Below, piece by piece: positions 1 through 28,380 of a stretch of 64,000 nucleotides of DNA. The position numbers were made by a program, and so were the translations under genes. Position 1 is the first letter of the stretch. Every line of letters begins with the position of its first letter. The notes under the pieces were generated by a model. It was not told where the DNA came from. It ran no database searches and saw only the letters and a list, made by a program, of their open reading frames with translations. The stretch lies in assembly GCF_009914755.1 (NCBI RefSeq), contig NC_060935.1. One strand, given 5' to 3'. Origin of the DNA: the human T2T-CHM13v2.0 reference genome, Homo sapiens.

Positions 1-1049
1 CTATTTTTGAATGATGTGAATTTACTACCTATTGAACAATTTTAAAACTTTATGCATGTGTTTGAAGGTACATTATGATTTTTCTGGAAGAATATACCTT
101 GTTGGTGGCAGTTGCCCCGGGCAGTTGGGAGTGAGAGGAGAAAAGGACTTTTACTTGCCATTTCACACACTTTGAGATCATTTGCATTGTAACCATGTAC
201 ATTAGGACTTCTCAAGTACAAATGACTAATTATAATGACTTATGTTTATAATGACTTATGTTGACATATTTCTAAATATGTAAGAAACACGTAGGTATGT
301 ATTTCCTACGTATTATCTGGGTTCCTTTGAGCAGTGGGATTGTTGGAGTCAGGGTTGAAGAAGGGGGCTTTCCTTTCATTCCTTACATGATTCTGTGATT
401 TTTGCAACATGCACACTGTAAGAAAAGACAAGAAAACTGAGTTAAGGAGGTTCCTATCATCCTCCCTCCCTGCAAAAATGCACGTGGGTGAATTTAGGAA
501 GATTTGCAAAAATGAGTTCTTGCAAGGCATAAGATCTAGGAGCTCTAAGCTGCTGCTGGGCAGTGAATTGAAGAGGAATTCAAAAGGGAAGAAAAGTGAT
601 TTAAGTTTGTGGTGTTATTGGTGGGGGGCGGGTAGTCCCCAAATTTATGTCCCTCAAAGAGGAATTAAAGAACTGAAGAGGTGAGATCTGCTTTTGGCCT
701 TATGTGGCTCATCAATACCTCCTGCTCAATGAGGTGAGGCCTGTTCTCTGGAGCAGGAGGATAATTTGATATTTTATGGTTAATGTTTCTTTGACTTTCT
801 GATGGATCACTGGGCATCTTCACAAGGGTACAGTGGAAAAAGCAATCAAACTGGAGTTGGGATCTGAGACCCTGGAGAGCCCTGTCCCTACAGCAGTATG
901 AAACTGAGAAAGAGCATCACCTTCTGCTGACTCCAGATTCTTCCAGGGTTTCAGGGAGGGGCCAAACAAGAAACCCCTGTGATTCCAGCTGGATCTGAAA
1001 TACTGTGGCTTCAACTGGAAAAGAAGAAAAGGAAGAATGATGGGTCTAG

Positions 1050-4003
1050 TGTGATGGTAGTGGTGATGGTGTGATGGTGGTGATGGTGATGGTGGTGGTG
1101 ATGGTGGTCATGGTGATGGTTGTGACAGTGGTAGTGATGATGGTGGTAATGGTGATGATGGTGGTGGTGATAGTGATGATGGTGGTGGTGATGGTGATGA
1201 TGGTGGTGATGGTGATGATAGTGATGGTGATGGTGGTGGTGATGTGGTGGTGGTGGTGATGGTGATGATAGTGATGGTGATGGTGGTGGTGATGGTGATG
1301 GTGGTGGTGATGGTGATGGTGGTGGTGATTGTGATGGTAGTGGTGATGGTGGTGGTGATGGTGATGATGGTGATGGTGGTGGTGATAGTGACAATGGTGA
1401 TGGTGGTGGTGGTGATGGTGGTGACGGTGATGGTGGTGGTGATGGTGATAATAGTGATGGTGATGGTGGTGGTGATGGTGATGATAGTGATGGTGGTGGT
1501 GATGGTGATGATAGTGATGGTCGTGGTGACAGTGATGGTGGTGGTGATGGTGATGATGGTGGTGATGGTGATGATAGTGATGGTGATGGTGGTGGTGATG
1601 ATAGTGATGGTGGTGGTGGTGATGGTGATGATAGTGATGGTGGTGGTGATTGTGGTGGTGATGGTGATGATAGTGATGGTGATGGTGGTGGTGATGGTGA
1701 TGATAGTGATGGTGATGGTGGTGGTGATGATAGTGATGGTGGTGGTGGTGATGGTGATGATAGTGATGGTGGTGGTGGTGGTGGTGATGGTGATGATAGT
1801 GATGTGATGGTGGTGGTGATGGTGATGATAGTGATGGTGGTGGTGATGGTGATGATAGTGATGGTGATAGTGATGGTGATGATGATGGTGGTGGTGATGG
1901 TGATGGTGATGGTGGTGGTGATGATAGTGATGGTGGTGGTGATGGTGATGACAGTGATGGTGATAGTGATGGTGATGATCATGGTGGTGGTGATGGTGAT
2001 GGTGATGGTGGTGGTGGTGGTGATGATAGTGATGGTGGTGGTGATGGTGATGAGAGTGATGGTGATGGTGGTGGTGATGGTGATGAGAGTGATGGTAATG
2101 GTGGTGGTGATGGTGATGAGAGTGATGGTGATGGTGGTGGTGATGGTGATGATAGTGATGGTGATAGTGATGGCGATGGCGGTGGTGATGGTGATGGTGA
2201 TGATAGTGATGGTGGTGGTGATGGTGATGATAGTGATGGTGGTGGTGATGGTGGTGGTGATGGTGATGATGGTGGTGGTGATGGTGGTGGTGGTGATAGT
2301 GGTGGTGATGGTGATGATGGTGGTGGTGATGGTGGTGGTGATGGTGGTGGTGACGGTGGTGATAGTGGTGGTGACGGTGGTGATGGTGGTGGTGATGGTG
2401 GTGGTGGTGATAGTGGTGGTGGTGGTGATAGTGGTGGTGATGGTGATGGTGGTGGTGATGGTGATGGTGGTGGTGACGGTGGTGATGGTGGTGGTGATGG
2501 TGGTGATGACGGTGGTGATAGTGGTGGTGACGGTGGTGATGGTGGTGGTGACGGTGGTGGTGGTGATAGTGGTGGTGATGGTGATGGTGGTGATGGTGAT
2601 GGTGGTGGTGACGGTGGTGATGGTGGTGGTGACGGTGGTGATGGTGGTGGTGGTGATAGTGATGGTGATGGTGATGATGGTGGTGGTGATGGTGATGGTG
2701 ATGGTGGTGGTGATGACGGTGGTGATGGTGGTGGTGACGGTGGTGATGGTGGTGGTGGTGGTGATGGTGATGGTGGTGATGGTGATGGTGGTGGTGATGG
2801 TGGTGGTGATGGTGATGGTGGTGGTGATGGTGGTGATGACAGTGGTGATGGTGGTGGTGACGGTGGTGATGGTGGTGGTGATGGTGGTGGTGGTGATAGT
2901 GGTGGTGATGGTGATGATGGTGATGGTGGTGGTGATGACGGTGATGATGGTGGTGGTGACGGTGGTGATGGTGGTGGTGATGGTGGTGATGGTGGTGGTG
3001 ATGGTGATGATGGTGGTGGTGATGGTGGTGATGGTAGTGATTGTGGTGATGGTGATGGTGGTGATGATGGTGGTGGTGATGGTGGTGGTGATGGTGATGG
3101 TGGTGGTGATGGTGATGATAGTGATGGTGGTGGTGATGTTGGTGGTGATGGTGATGATGGTGGTGGTGATGGTGGTGGTGGTGGTGATGGTGGTGGTGAT
3201 GGTGGTGATGATGGTGGTGATGGTAGTGATTGTGGTGATGGTGATGGTGGTGATGATGGTGGTGGTGATGGTGATGGTGGTGGTGACGGTGATGATGGTG
3301 GTGACGGCAGTGATTGTGGTGATGGTGGTGATGGTGGTGGTGATGGTGATGATGGTGATGATGGTGATGGTGATGGTGGTGGTGATGGTGGTGGTGGTGG
3401 TGATGGTGGTGGTGATGGTGATGATGGTGATGGTGATGGTGATGGTGGTGGTGATGGTGATGATGGTGGTGGTGATGGTGATCATGGTGGTGGTGATGGT
3501 GATGATGGTGGTGGTGATGGTGATCATGGTGGTGGTGATGGTGATGGTGGTGGTGATGGTGGTGATGGTGATGGTAGTGATTGTGGTGATGGTGATGGTG
3601 ATGATAGTGATGGTGGTGGTGATGGTGATGATGGTGGTGGTGATGGTGATGATGGTGGTGGTGATGGTGATGGTGGTGGTGATGGTGGTGGTGGTGGTGA
3701 TGGGGGTGGTGATGGTGATGATGGTGGTGGTGATGGTGATGGTGATGGTGGTGGTGATGGTGATGATGGTGGTGGTGATGGTGATGATGGTGGTGGTGAT
3801 GGTGGTGATGATGGTGGTGATTGTAGTGATTGTGGTGATGGTGATGGTGGTGATGATGGTGGTGGTGACGGTGATGGTGGTGACGGTAGTGATAGTGGTG
3901 ATGGTGATGATGGTGATGGTGGTGATGATGGTGGTGATAGTGATGGTGGTGATGGTGATGATGGTGGTGATGGTAGTGATTGTGGTGATGGTGATGGTGG
4001 TGG
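1050..4003 (+). repeat. ~2.95-kb imperfect (GAT/GGT)n trinucleotide tract
   Basis: Directly visible; + strand almost devoid of C. Confidence 0.98.
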
Positions 4004-5499
4004 CTAGTATTTATTGTCAGGCCCGTTCATTATCTCGTTTAATCTTACTACCTTAAGTGGAAGGCCCTATCTTAGAGATGGAGATACTGAAGTTCACAGC
4101 AGGGAAGGCAACCGCCTAAGGCCATTTGGCGGCCATGCTGGCCTTTCGTTTAATTGATGGGAACCCTTGGCTAGGAAGGTCAACTCCACAGCAATTCTAA
4201 TTCGATGAATAACAGGGGTTTACTTTACACAAATTAATTTAAAGAGACACCCCGGAGGGCTTGGGGACTATAATCTGGGGCTACCTGCCTTCCTCCCAAG
4301 CCCTTCTCTCCCCACCCCTGCCTGAGGACCCTTGAGGCACCTGGGAAAGATGTGCCTAGTTTGGGAAAGGCTACAGTTCCAGGTGTGACCGCCAGGTGGC
4401 AGAGCAGCTGCACTAAGCCCTGCCCCAAGCAGCCCCAGAAAAACAGAAAATACAAATGAAAAATTCCTTGGCCTGGAAGTGGAAAGTCAGTTGGAGATTC
4501 CGGGTGCCTTCTGGCAGGTCCAGGAGGTTTGACCTTCTGCTGTAAGCAAAGCCTAGGGGTGTCCATGACAGGCAAAGGGCAGGGAAGAAGAAAAAATGTG
4601 AAAGCATATGGACGGAGGAAGGAGAAAGAATTGAAGTGCTTCCTGGACACCTTGGATTCCGGCAGCCACCTCCAGCCCAGAGATTTTCAAAGCAAGGCCC
4701 GGGCCCGGTGTGGTGCAGTCAGCTGGGGACTTACTTTAAAACGTGCACTCCTGGGCTCAGCGCACCCTGCAGCAGACGCTCAAGAAACTGCGTTCTAGCC
4801 AGCACACCCGTGACTTCTGGCACTTGCTGAGGTTTGCAGACACCAACACAGCAACACACTTCACTCCACAGGCCAGAAGCCAGGAGCCAGAGAGAGGAGG
4901 CCACCACGGAAGGCCATGTCTCAGGGCCAGGCCTACCCCCGACAGCACGGTGCTTGCTCAAAACAGGAATAGGGTGCAATTCTTTGCACGTTAGATTAGG
5001 CCTTTGGGCTGTTTTGGACTGGGGCTCTATCCAAGGAGCCCCTCTCCTGCGGCCTCCTGGGCTTTAATTTGGGTTGGTTCTCCACCTCCCCCAGTCCCTC
5101 TCTTTTTGCTATTTTATCCTAATGATTTCCTGCCTGGAGAGGCCGAGGAAGGAAGGAGCCCCAGCTTTGAAGCCCAGGCCTGGAATCCGACTCCCCAGCT
5201 TGCTGGCCGGCCTCCATCCTGGCTGAGTTCCCCAAGCCCTCCAGGGAGGTTCTCGGAGGTTCAGGGTCCAGACACCCACCCACACCTCACCCACACTTCC
5301 AGCACTTCTCGGACTTCTCTCCGGAACTGACTCAGCCGCTTCCCTCTCGCACTCTGGGAGGTGACTTCAGGCTGGCCCTCATTCTGACCCAAATCCTGAA
5401 TTCTAGCTTTTGGCCGGGATTTGGTCCATGACAGGCTGGAGACCACACAGCAGCTGCCCAGGGGCATCAGAGAAAGCTCAGGCTGTGGCGTCTGGCTCT

Positions 5500-5575
5500 G
5501 ATCTGGACTGCGGCGAGTGACCTTGGGCAAGTTGCCTGCCCTCTCTGAGCCTCAGTTTCCTTGTTTAAGGGAATT
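5500..5575. mobile_element. MIR core fragment
   Basis: gtgaccttgggcaagttgcc...ctctctgagcctcagtttcctt. Confidence 0.7.
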
Positions 5576-6268
5576 TGCCTTGTTTCTCTCCTGGGCTGCC
5601 ATAAGGAGTGAAGGAAGGGGTGCAGGCAGTGAGGTCAGCCCAGAGCTGAGCACACTAAGAGGCACCACCCAGATGGCCATGGGGGAGGGCTGGCTTCACT
5701 CTACCTCGCCCGGAGCCTGGAAGCGGGGCTGGCCTCAGATGCTGGGTCACAGCGTCGTGATTTTGCTCACTTCCCCAACCGCCCGCCTGCTCAGCTGCGG
5801 GCCCACGAGGGGCTTCAAAGAGAAGCCAGGAAATGGTAGCCATGGTTTCCACTGGGGGAGCTTACTGTCTAATAAAGGCAACCTAAAACCTCGGAATAGA
5901 AGCTTCCCGAAATAGTGAGTCTGCAAGCTGGTCTCCCCGGCACTGCCTGGTAGGAGGTTCACATCAGGAAAGAAAAGAGCACAGACTTGGGCCTTCCTGC
6001 CAGCTCGTGCCCACCCCACGTCCTCTCCCACGCCCACCAGCACCATCTCCCCAGCTAGGGAAGGCCCTTCCCAGGCCCCACATCTGGCTTCAGAGCCTTG
6101 AACAGTTGTCAGGAGGGATGAAGTTTAGGCTGACCGTTTTCTGATTTAAAGGGCCTCGCGTAGAAGGTTCTAAAGATTTAAGAATGAGATCAGCTGGCCA
6201 GCAGGGAGTGGCTGAGGCCTCAGGTCCTGAGACATGAACTGCCTTCCTCACTCAGAAGCCCACGCTGA

Positions 6269-6283
6269 GATTAAACTTTAACC
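6269..6283 (+). promoter_or_regulatory. HNF1-type site, SLC22A11 proximal promoter
   Basis: GATTAAACTTTAACC, 13/15 identical to the site upstream of SLC22A12; AT-rich TTTTTAAATAG near 6355. Confidence 0.65.
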
Positions 6284-6740
6284 AACTCAGTGAGGCAACA
6301 GCCCAGTTGATATTTCTTCCAAACTGTAATTCAGTAACATCAAAGCACCCTGTCTTTTTAAATAGAATCTGCCTGACTTTCACTTTTGGTGCTGGAGAAC
6401 TCAGAAGGTGGCTCAGCCCTCTGGTCCACACTTGGTGGGCAGCTCGGATGCCCCAGGCAGCCCGGGCACAGTGAGCTTAGTCCCCTTCACCCCCTCCGCA
6501 GAGCTCTGGGGCATCCGCACAGTCACTCCTGGACACAAGATAAGGAGGAGTTTCCCCGAGGCATCACAGGGCTTCCCGGGACTGAGGGACTGACTCAACT
6601 GGTTATTGGACAGTGCCCCACCCCCAATCCGGCTGAGGGGCAGGAAGGCAGAAGGTCTTGGTGGCCCTGGATCTTGTGGCTGCAATCGGTTCCAAACAGC
6701 AGTTAGGTCAGCAGTCCGCTCAGCCGAGGCAGCTCTGTTC

Positions 6741-21783
<15,043 letters not shown>

Positions 21784-22236
21784 AAATTGTGCCTGCATGG
21801 AGCCCCTTTAGTCAAAGACTCCTGGAAAGGAGTTGCCTCTTCTCCAATCAGAGCGTGGAGGCGAGTTGGGCGACTTCAAGGGCCTGGCATGGCAGAGGCC
21901 AGGCAGCCGTGGCCGAGTGGACAGCGTGGCCGTCTGCTGTGGCTGAAGGCAGCTTCCACAGCTCACTCCTCTTCTCCCTGCCCTGATCAGATTCCCCACC
22001 TTACCCGGGCCCTACAGGAGCCTGTGCAGATGGCCATGCCCAACCAATAACGAGACGGTTCCCCTCCCTTTCCCTGCCAGGCTCATGTCTTTACACCTTC
22101 ACTCAGCCACGCCAACCAGAGACTGGGTTCCAATCTCACCCCACCACATACAGAGCCCTCATCTGTGAAATGAGAATGATCACGTGACCCACCCCCCAGG
22201 GCAGGTATCAGGGTGAACTGATCTTAGCACCGGCCA

Positions 22237-22242
22237 AATAAA
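22237..22242 (+). terminator. Probable SLC22A11 polyadenylation signal
   Basis: First AATAAA after the stop codon, with GT-rich sequence ~35 nt downstream. Confidence 0.7.
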
Positions 22243-24022
22243 TGGAACCTGCTGAGAGAGCTGCCAGATACAGGTGTCCAGGTTGTGCACTGGCCCGAGG
22301 CACGCAGCCAAGGAGGCGTGTGGGGTCTGAAACTCAGCCCCGGCTACACTGGCCCCACCACCCACCCTAGCAAAGGCTGTGTCCTCTCCAAAAAAAGGAG
22401 CTGTTTTAATCACTTTTCATTTACTCATCAGTGAGGGAGGGCTTCCAGCCCTATGGTTACGAAGACGGCCAAACACACCACCAAACACCAGACAGAGGAG
22501 GCTGGCAGCAGGTTACCACACACGTGCGCAGAGCCCACGAAGATGACGCTGCACTGAGGCATGGGGCGGGGTGCACTGAGGATCCGAGCGAGCAGCCAGG
22601 GCTGCAGGAAGGCAGCTTTGGAGCACAAAGGGGGTGGGGCAACTCCTGGCTTCTGCGGGAAGGTGTAATCAGCTTGTTTCATCATGCTGCAGGCTGGCGA
22701 GAAACGGAGCCTTACAAGCGTAGGGATAAGAGGAACCCCTCTTGGTCCCCTCGATGAGGGTTGTTGGGCCGGGGAGCCTCATCCACAGGGCGGAGTGAAA
22801 GGGGAGAAGGGGAGCTCACAGGCAGGCCTGCCAAGGCCTTCTGGCTTTGCCAGATGTCAAGGGCAGCACCTAATACTGAACCTTAACTTTCGGCTTTCAA
22901 CCAAACGGCACCCTTTTGCTGTTTGTTTTCTGGAGGGGACACCTTTTCTTGATTCATGCCCAGACCTCCCTTGTCCAGGCCATGAAAACTCTGGGATGGT
23001 CGAGGCCGGCTGCCCATCTCAGATGGGCAAGGAAGCAAAAGTGCAGAGTGGTGGAGGGGCCAGCTTGCAGAAACACGGCCGAACCCGGCCCTGATCCTAG
23101 CCCAGGGCTCTTTCCAGCACAGGAGGCTCCTAGCCCTCGTCTCCAACCCTCCATGCCACTGATATCTGTGGCCCTGCCACAAAGTTACCCTCATGCCCTT
23201 CCCTGGAGACCCCACTCTGGGCCACCTCAATCTCAGGCCCCTCAACTCACCTCTTTCACCCTGTGTACACTGGGTCAATCACTCCTGCCTCCTCACAGCT
23301 CCCAAATCCACCTACTTCCCTTCACTCTGGCTACACCCTGGTTCACACCACGGTTGTAGCTCCAAACTGGTCCCTGATGTCTACATTGCACTCTGCACAA
23401 CAGCCACCATGCTTATTAAGAAACGCAATCCAAACCAAATCCCTCCCTGCTGAAAGCCCTCCAGTGGCTCACAATAAGGATCACACTTCTCCCCCTGCCT
23501 GGTCAGGCAGCCATGGGACCCCAGCCTTTCCTCCCACTTCGGTAAATTTTAAAGGATTCGGATCATACAAAGAATGTTCTTGAACCAGCATGGAATTAAA
23601 TTAGAAATCAATTATGGAAAGAGATATAGAAAACCTCTTCAAACTATACAACACACTTCTAAGTAACCCACGGGTCAAAGAGGGAATCTCAAAGGAAATG
23701 AGAAAAGATTTTGAACTGAGTGAAAATGAAAAAATGGCATATCAAAATTTGTGAGATGAAGCTAAAGTAATGATTATGGGGAAATTGATATCATTAAACA
23801 CTAACATTAGAAGAGAAGAACGTTCCAAATCAAATACCTCAGCTTTCACCTGGAAAGTAGCAAAAGAAGAGTTTATTAAACTTATAGTAAGCAGAAGAAA
23901 TAATACACAAGAGAAATCAGAGAATTGAAAAAACAATAAAGAAAATTAGCGAAACCTACAGGTGGTTCTTTAAGATCAATACAATTTACAAACCTCTAGA
24001 CTTACTGATCAAGAAAAAAAGA

Positions 24023-24468
<446 letters not shown>

Positions 24469-24799
24469 CTACCAAAGCTCACTCAAGAAGATGTAGGTAA
24501 CTTTATTAGCCCTAAATCTATTTTAAAATTGAACTTATGTTTTAAAACTTTCCCACAGAGAAAATTCCAGGCCCAAATGGCTTCACTGGTGAATTCTGAC
24601 AAATATTTAAGCAGGAAATAATAGCAATTCTATGCAAAACCTTCCAGAAAATTGAAAATGAGGTAACACTTCCCAATTCGTTCTGTTTCCCTGAAACCAG
24701 AAAAAGACATTACAAGAAAATAAAGCTATAAACAAATATCCCTTATGGATATAAACATAAAAATTCTTAAGGAACATTTAGCAAGTTGAATCCAACTAT

Positions 24800-24862
24800 G
24801 CATGTATATATATTTACATATGTGTGTGTAGTTTTATATTTTATATATAGGTGTGTGTGTGC

Positions 24863-24902
<40 letters not shown>
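24800..24902. repeat. Compound (TA)/(TG)/(GA) microsatellite inside L1
   Basis: Directly visible. Confidence 0.9.
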
Positions 24903-26513
24903 TGCAATACATCATGACCAAGTGGACTTTATCCCATGAATACAAAGTTAGTTTTACATTTAAAATCAAGGTTAACAAACCAAATTATGAACAAGCCAAA
25001 ACAGAAAAGCCATATGTCATCCAAATAAACAAAGAAAGATCGTTTGACAAAATTCAACAGCCATTCCTGATCATTAATATTCAGCAAACCAAGAATTCAA
25101 GGCACCTTTTCCAGCCCGATCAAGGCCATCCATGCCCTAGATGGGCACCCTGTTATCCCAGAGGTGCCATCATGCTTATGGTAAAGGCTGCTTTCCCCTT
25201 CCGATCAGGAATGAGGCTAGGACATCCACTCTCACAGTTTGTATTCAACATTGCTCCTAGTCAGTGAGATAAGGTGAGCAAAATAAGTAAAAGGCATACA
25301 CATTGGAAAGGAAGACACGAAACTCTCTTTATTTGCAGATGACATAATTGTCTATGTAGAAAATCCTAAGGAATCAACAAAAATACTACTGGAACTAATA
25401 AATGAGTTTAGCAAGGTCAATATACAAACACCTATTGTATTTCTGTATACAAGTGACTACCAGAAATTGAACATTTTAACACGATACCGTTTAATAACAG
25501 CATGGAAAAAATGTGACACCCAGGGAAAAATTCAATAAAAGAAAGACAAGACCCATGAACTGGAAATTACAGAACTGAGAGGAATTAAAGGGCTAAATAC
25601 ATAGACACATCTTGTTCATGGATTGAAAGACTGGATATTATCAAGATGTCAATTCTCCACAACGTAGTGTTTAGATTCAATGCAATCCCAGTCAAAATGC
25701 CAGCAGATTTGCTTTAGATAAATTGACAAGCTCACCCTAACATTTATATGAAAATGCAAAGGGCCTAAATTATCCAACACAATTTTGGAAAAGGACTAAG
25801 TTGGAGAACTTTTTTTTAATATAATACAATCAAAAGTTCAGAATAGAGCCATGCATTTATGGTTTAAATTTAATAGATTTTCAATCAAGGTGCCAAATCA
25901 ATTAAAATGAGGAAAGGATAATCTTTTCTGCAGATGATTCTGGAACAATTGGATAACCATATATAAACAAAGAAAGAAAGAGGGAAAATGAGGCAAGGAG
26001 GGAGGGAAAGAAGAAAGGAAGAAAGGAAAGACGGCAGCGGGGAAGGGAGAAACTCAACCCTAACTCACACCATTTCCAAAAATTAACTTTAACTGGATCA
26101 TAGACCTAAATATAAGAGCTAAAATTATAAAATTTTTTGAAGAAAACAGGAGAAAATCTTGGCAACTTTGGGTTTGGCAAAGATTTCTTAACTAGTACTC
26201 AAAAATATGAACTATAAAAAAACATATTGGACTTCATAAACACTAAAAACTTTTGCTTTCCAAAAGACACTGTTACAAAATGAAAAGGCAAGCCACGAAC
26301 TTGGAGAAAATATTGGAAAAATCTGTATCTAACAAAGGACTTCTACCTAGAAAATGTAAAGAACATTTACAACGCACAAATCAAATGACAGTCCAATTGT
26401 AAAAGGCAAAAGGTTTGAACAGATGCATCGCCAGAGAGGATACATAGGTAGCCAATAAGCCCAAGAAAAGATGATCGACATCACTAGGAAAATGCAAATT
26501 AAAACCACAACAA

Positions 26514-26830
26514 GGCCGGGCGCGCTGGCTCACGCCTGTAAGTAATCCCAGCACTTTGGGAGGCCCAGGATGGTGGATCACCTGAGGTCAGGAGTTCGAG
26601 ACCAGCCTGGCCAACATGGTGAAACCCTGTCTCTACTAAAACTACAAAAAATTAGCTGGGTGTGGTGGTGGATGCCTGTAATCCCAACCACTCCGAGTTG
26701 GGAGGCCAAGGCAGGAGAATTGCTTGAACATGGAAGAAGGAGATTGCGGTGAGCTGAGATCATGCCAAGCAGTCCAACCTGGGAGACAGAGCGAGACTCT
26801 GCCAAAAAAACAAAAAAAAAAAAAAAAAAA
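26514..26830 (+). mobile_element. Alu (S-type)
   Basis: Full Alu with poly(A). Confidence 0.93.
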
Positions 26831-27964
26831 CTTATACATTCAAATGTATAATCAAATTTACAAATTATCATCAAACAAATCCCAAGTTCCCATGACCTAG
26901 CTGGAGAAGCACAGCCTCACGGGTGCTTGATGGCCCCTGAGTGGCCCTCCCCAGTCAAATCCTCCCACCCGAGGTAACTGCTATCCCGAATTATCTTGTT
27001 TTCCTCATAAGCGTGCCACCTACTTATATATCCTCCAGCAACATTCTGTTTGGTGACACCAGCGTGGGATTCCGTGGTCTTCTGTGACTTGCTTCTTCCA
27101 AACCAATATTATGTGTTTGAGACACATCCCCATTAGTGGTTGAGCTGTGCAGGACATGGAACAGGCCATGCAGTGGAGCAGATGGGGAAACAGAGTCAGG
27201 CTGCCAGGCACACGGAGGGCCCACCCAAGTCTGGCCATGAACTTAGAGTGGCCTGTCAGCTGGGCTGTGTGTGTATTTTTTCCATCCACATTTGGCTGCT
27301 CAGGGGCAGGTATGGGTTGTCAGAGAACCAGAAGCCCACAATAAAAGTGATGACATTTGTGATAGTCCCCAAGAAACCTGGCAACACCACCCTTTCCAAT
27401 ATCACTGGTGATACTGGTTAGATGTTCGTGCACCTGCGCATGCACTCCCCAAAATGATGTGATGAGTGGGCCCTGCCAGCTCGCTGATCTTCTTGAAAAC
27501 CTGTAACCCCAGTCTAATCATGGGTTCAACCCTCAGTCCTTCTGAGATGCCCTGGGGCCCTGTGTGACCAGCCTTATCTCACACCTGCTTGCCTCCCCCA
27601 ACCCAGCCCCATCCTCATTCCCCTCATGGTTCCATGAACCTGACCGGTCCTTGCCCATCATGGGGACCTTGCACGTGCTGCTCCCCAACTGTATACACCT
27701 CCATTCCCAGCCTCAGGTGGGAGCAACTGTTCCCTCCTGATCACTGGCTGGGTGGCCCTCCACATCTCTTCCTGTTATTCTATGACCTCTTGATTTTGTT
27801 CATGATCCTTATAGAGTCTGTCTTCCCAATGGCAGTGGCCAGTCAGCCTGTCCTCCTGCCAGCACCATACGACCCAGGCAGGAAAATTTCACCATCTTCT
27901 CCACAGTGTCCCCAAAGCTCTGCTCCAGGGCCTGAATCTGGTATCTTTTTAATAACTGTTTACT

Positions 27965-27995
27965 GGATAGATGGATAGATAGATGGATGGGCGGG

Positions 27996-28026
<31 letters not shown>

Positions 28027-28380
28027 ATAGATGGATGGATGGTTTGGTGGTTGGATGGATGAACGAATGGATGGATGGGTGGGTAGATGGCTGGGTTGAT
28101 GAATGGATGGGTAGATGGATGAATGGATGGGTGGGTGGATGAATGAACGGATGGATGGATGGATGGATGGATGGACAGATGGATGGATGAATCGATGGGT
28201 AGATGGATGAATGGAGGGGTGGCTGGATGAATGAATGGATGGATAGGTGGGTGGATGGATGGACAGACGGATGGATGGATGGACTAATGGACAGGTGGAT
28301 GGATGGGATGGATGGGTAGATGGGTGGGTTGATGAATGAATGGGTAGCTGGATGAATGGGTGGGTGGGTGAATGAATAAA
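27965..28380 (+). repeat. Degenerate (GGAT)n tract
   Basis: Directly visible. Confidence 0.93.

Noticed and set aside
1011-4056. 838-aa Thr/Ile/His ORF and 750-aa Met/Val ORF
   Set aside because: Translations of the trinucleotide tract, which lacks stops in those frames; no splice signals or protein-like complexity
6606-6740. N-terminal extension of OAT4 suggested by the ORF track
   Set aside because: Starts at TTG with no in-frame ATG; homology with URAT1 begins at ATG 6741
24851-25267. 138-aa ORF with reverse-transcriptase-like remnants
   Set aside because: Frameshifted piece of a dead L1 that starts in a microsatellite
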